64,000 nt of DNA from Octopus vulgaris (taxonomy: Eukaryota): contig CATOCA020000001.1 in the NCBI GenBank assembly GCA_951406725.2, forward strand, positions 868,001-932,000, read 5' to 3'. The notes under the pieces are model-generated. The model was not told where the DNA came from. It saw only the letters and a list, made by a program, of their open reading frames with translations, and did not search any database. This document shows positions 27,178 to 64,000 of the stretch, piece by piece. The position numbers and the translations under genes are program-made. Each line of letters starts with the position of its first letter. Positions within the stretch are counted from its first letter, which is position 1.

Positions 27178-27825
27178 CAACAATTTTAAGGCTTACATTG
27201 TTAACATTAAAGTGGCAATAAGAAAGAATATCAACACAGTTTCAAATCAAAACAACATTTTCTGTTTTCCTGTGTTTCAAGCAATAGGCTAAATAGAAAT
27301 GTTACGACGGGTCATAGGATAGAGATATAGAGTAATAAAAAAAGCCGAAAACTAAACATTTAAGATTATATTATTGTGGATTATGCAGTCTCTCGGTTGC
27401 CTAGTGTTGAACCGAAAGGTACAAATATAGTTTCTTAACAAGCAAATATATTGAATATTTATATTCAATATTATATATTTATATTCCGTCGAGGTCGACT
27501 TTGCTTTCATCCTTTCGGGATGGATGAATTAGGTACCAGTTGCGTACTGGGGTCAATCTAATCGACTGGCCCCCACCCCCAACATTTCCGACCTTGTGCC
27601 TAGAGAAAAGAATATTATATATTCATATTTAATATTCATACTTAAGAGTATATATTTATATTTAATATTAATATTTATATTTAATATTATATATTCATAT
27701 TTAAGAGTATTTATTTATATTTAATATTATACATTTATATTTAATAAAATATATGGAGAAAATATTATTTTATGACGTAAAATATTATCGAAGGCGATTT
27801 TTGAAGGCACTTTTTCAATTTTCAC

Positions 27826-60893
<33,068 letters not shown>

Positions 60894-60949
60894 CTGCAAG
60901 AGTCGTATATATATATATATATAATTACATACAAAAACATACATATATG

Positions 60950-61005
<56 letters not shown>

Positions 61006-61334
61006 GTGTGTGTATGTGTGTGTGTGTGTGTAAACACAAAGCCAGTCAATAATGATGTGGCGTTTTATCTACTGTCAGTCAGAATCGGAGATAATATAAC
61101 GGACTATAAAAATGATGTATTCCGACTAAAGATAAGATGGTGGATAGAATAGTCTTTTTATTGACCAGCACAAATATCACATTCAGTGAGATTAACAGTT
61201 TCACCTATCACTAAATGGAGTTGATTGTCTGAATTTCATGAAATACAAGTTATTCTTATTCTCTTACTACGGTCTACTGCATGTTCATGTCTCAGCATAT
61301 TTACAGGTCAATATAAAAGTCCGTATGTACTTAC

Positions 61335-61394
61335 ATACGTACAAATTATGTACATATCGGTTATATTAGATAGCCCATGTTCAATTTCTACCAA
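61335..61394 (-). CDS. Candidate upstream exon of the aGPCR (LVEIEHGLSNITDMYIICTY)
   Basis: Strong GTAAGT donor in phase 0 matching the next exon. Acceptor uncertain: 61394, or the open frame may extend to 61460. Confidence 0.4.
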
Positions 61395-61735
61395 CTGAGG
61401 TCTGATGTGGAGGCCGTGAATTTGAGTTTGGTTTGATGAGCCTACTCTGACAAACTGGTTCTAACTGGCTTGGCAGAGGGGTACAATTTTTTATACTCTT
61501 ACCCAGGAGTAGTTAAAGTGATTAAGTCAACACACACACGCACACACAGCCATTACTTATTTTATTGATCCCGAAAGGACGAAAGGCAGAGTCAGCCTCG
61601 GTGGAATTTGAACTCAAAACGTAAGACGTACGAAATACCGTTAAACATTTTGTCCGGCGTGCCAACGACTCTTCTAGCTCACCGCAGAATATATAGTGAG
61701 TCAAATAATAATTACATACGCACATAAATACTTAT

Positions 61736-61839
<104 letters not shown>

Positions 61840-61857
61840 TAGATAGATAGATAGATA

Positions 61858-61894
61858 GGCGCAGGAGTGGCTGTGTGGTAAGTAGCTTGATTAC
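61858..61894 (+). mobile_element. SINE family 2 head, truncated after about 37 nt
   Basis: GGCGCAGGAGTGGCTGTGTGGTAAGTAGCTTG then abrupt switch to unrelated sequence. Confidence 0.8.
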
Positions 61895-64000
61895 AGGTTG
61901 CTTCTACGCATGTGCGAGTCAGTGTTGTGTTTGGCACTGAAGCGGTGAAGACGTGCTTTTGAAGCCGCCTTAAATTGAAAATTTTTGAAGCCCCATTGTA
62001 AGGTAAGATTCTGTTTTCTGGGTCCAGTGGGAATTTTTGTTGAAAATTGTTTTTTACAGGCAGGAAGTCCTACTGGATTCAGAATTCTGATTCTGCCGAC
62101 ATGGGGCAAATATATTTTTCTCGCTGAATTGTGAGAATTATGGGGGGATCGTATTCGTCTTCGATAATTGAGTGAATATTTTTCTCACCTAATTATGAGA
62201 ATTGTATTGTGCTGTGAAGAACTTTAAGAATTGTGAGAACTGTTATTTAGGGGAGTGTTTTGCCTCCGAAGTTTGAACAATTTTTACCAATTTTACACCA
62301 ATTTTTGTGGAAGTTGTGTTCCAGTTGCGGCGTTCCGGGTTCAATTTAGGCCGGGAGTACCGAATGGCCAGAAGATATTTTGCTGTGTTATTGACTTTCT
62401 TTTGAAATTTATTTGACTTTCTCCTTTTTTGTTTATTGCAACTTTCTTCTGATTTCTTTTTCTTCTCGCTTTTTAAGTTTTATTTTGAATATATTTAAAA
62501 AAAGAAGAAAAAAAAACAAAAAAAAACCATGGCAATGAAAAATGACAAAATTTTGGAATGGGAGATCATACCGCCTAAAAAGTGGTTAAAATACCGTGAA
62601 GATAGGACGGTGGTGTTGAGAACCTACTCCAAGGCACTCGACACCATCGCCCTGTTCGAAAAGACGGCAATTGAAAAGGAGTTGGCAGAGTATTTGCCAA
62701 CAATTAAATTCATTTCCAGGGGTGTCAAATATGCAACGGTGTGGTTGCTATTTGACACCCCTGAAGAGGCTTGCAAATTTGCTAGTAAACCCCTGGAGGG
62801 TAAAGGAATTTTATTCCTGCCCACGTACCAAAAAAAGAGACTGACGAAAGCTTGGATTTGCGGGCTGCCACCCGGGATAGAACCCGAGTGGATAGAGGAG
62901 ACTATCCGCCGGGGTCTGGGTAGCAGCGAAACTAAGCTCCTTAATGTGAAAGTTCTTCCTGCGGCTGCTTGGGTTGGGTCAAAAGCAATTTTGACCCTTT
63001 GGACCCAATCAGCCAATCTGGTTCTTCCAGATTTTTTTTAAATGGCCGGATGCAAGTACCCGGTGATGCTTGAAGGTCGCCCCCCTAAGTGTCATCGGTG
63101 CTTGGAGTCCGGCCATATAAAGAAGAACTGTCCCCGGGAACAAAATAGGATCCCGGAACAGTCAAGTGAAACCCATGTAGAAGAGGGAATGATAACGGCC
63201 GAGGAAGCAGAGGACTCCTCAAACAGAGGCCAAAGAGGAAGGTGAGCAACAATGGGTGCTCACCAAAGGATACTAGGGATGAGGAGGGAAAGGCGAATCT
63301 TCCGGCCACGGAGGAGACGCACCCTCCCTCAGTTGAAAAGAAAAAAAGAAAAAGAGGAAGAGAAACGGGACATTACCGGCAGTTGGTGACATAGTACCGG
63401 AATGTCCCGGAACTACGTTGGTTGGGGTTGTGCAACCGACGGGAGAAGAAACACCGTTGGCGGGAACTGTGCCGCCAACGAAAGAATTGAATATCCCGCA
63501 CCCGAGCAAAAACGATGTTTTGATCCTCTTCCATAGAGGCGGAGAGATTGAAAAGGTGATGGAAAAGCACCACAAGGGAGCACCTTTAGCCTTCACACAG
63601 GACCCCGAATGGCCTCCGCAGGTAGCTGTGGAGGCCGTGGCGTTCGACGTGACGCTTGGGCTGAAGGAGCTCAATGATGATTATAGCTTGGTCCCGGGCG
63701 ACGCTAACTCGGAACTCGATTACATTCTGAGGGAGGCGTGGTGGATGGTGGAGGATGCGGGTACAGGTTATTTTGAGGACGAGTCATAAATTGTGATATG
63801 ACTTGAGGGGCCCCGACCTAGAGCTGGCGCATTCCTAAGGGAAGTGTAAACCAGGTCTGGGAGGAGGGGCTTTGTGTATTGTATTTATATATATTATATG
63901 TAATTATTGAACCATTTTGTTGTTATTAATGGACTGTTAAGTCCAAATATTGAAAAGTTGTAAAAATTGTAAGAGGTTTAATACCTCGTTTTGTGTTTGT
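61895..64000 (+). mobile_element. L1/Tx1-like non-LTR element with apparently intact 5' UTR and a disrupted ORF1 (62529-63789)
   Basis: RRM-like TKAWICGLPPGIEPEWIEETI; CCHC knuckle RPPKCHRCLESGHIKKNCP; in-frame TAA at 63039-63041, later frameshifts; no ORF2 start in the remaining 211 nt. Confidence 0.7.

Noticed and set aside
63031-63044. Programmed readthrough or frameshift at TTTTTTTTAAATG in ORF1
   Set aside because: The downstream knuckle is in the same frame, so a single nonsense change explains it, and the copy has further disruptions.

Overview
Eukaryotic, AT-rich, microsatellite-saturated DNA, almost certainly from an octopus (inferred from the SINE families and the (TA)n/(TATG)n/(CA)n density). 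One host gene is recognisable: a minus-strand adhesion GPCR of the ADGRG/GPR126-GPR64 type. I assembled it by hand from 15 GT-AG exons between 60893 and 27826 (2196 nt, all phases compatible, 731 aa). It has HormR, GAIN/GPS (HL|TSFAVLM), 7TM and a C-terminal ETNF; its 5' end is probably outside the window. The rest is mostly transposon debris: Penelope-like elements (several with hammerhead-ribozyme motifs), R4/Dong-like RLE LINEs in (AAT)n, two Gypsy fragments, a CR1/L2-type LINE, Tc1, mariner, MITEs and many tRNA-derived SINEs. At the right end is a 5'-intact L1/Tx1-like element with ORF1 only, abutting a SINE head. Most worth follow-up: two hammerheads with intact cores (19645-19726, 24106-24215), a series of fold-back palindromes including a perfect 131-bp one, the ORF1-only element, and a 217-bp templated copy of intron sequence next to the GPS exon. 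Most ORFs in the supplied track are microsatellite artefacts. No database searches were run, so family names come from motif recognition.
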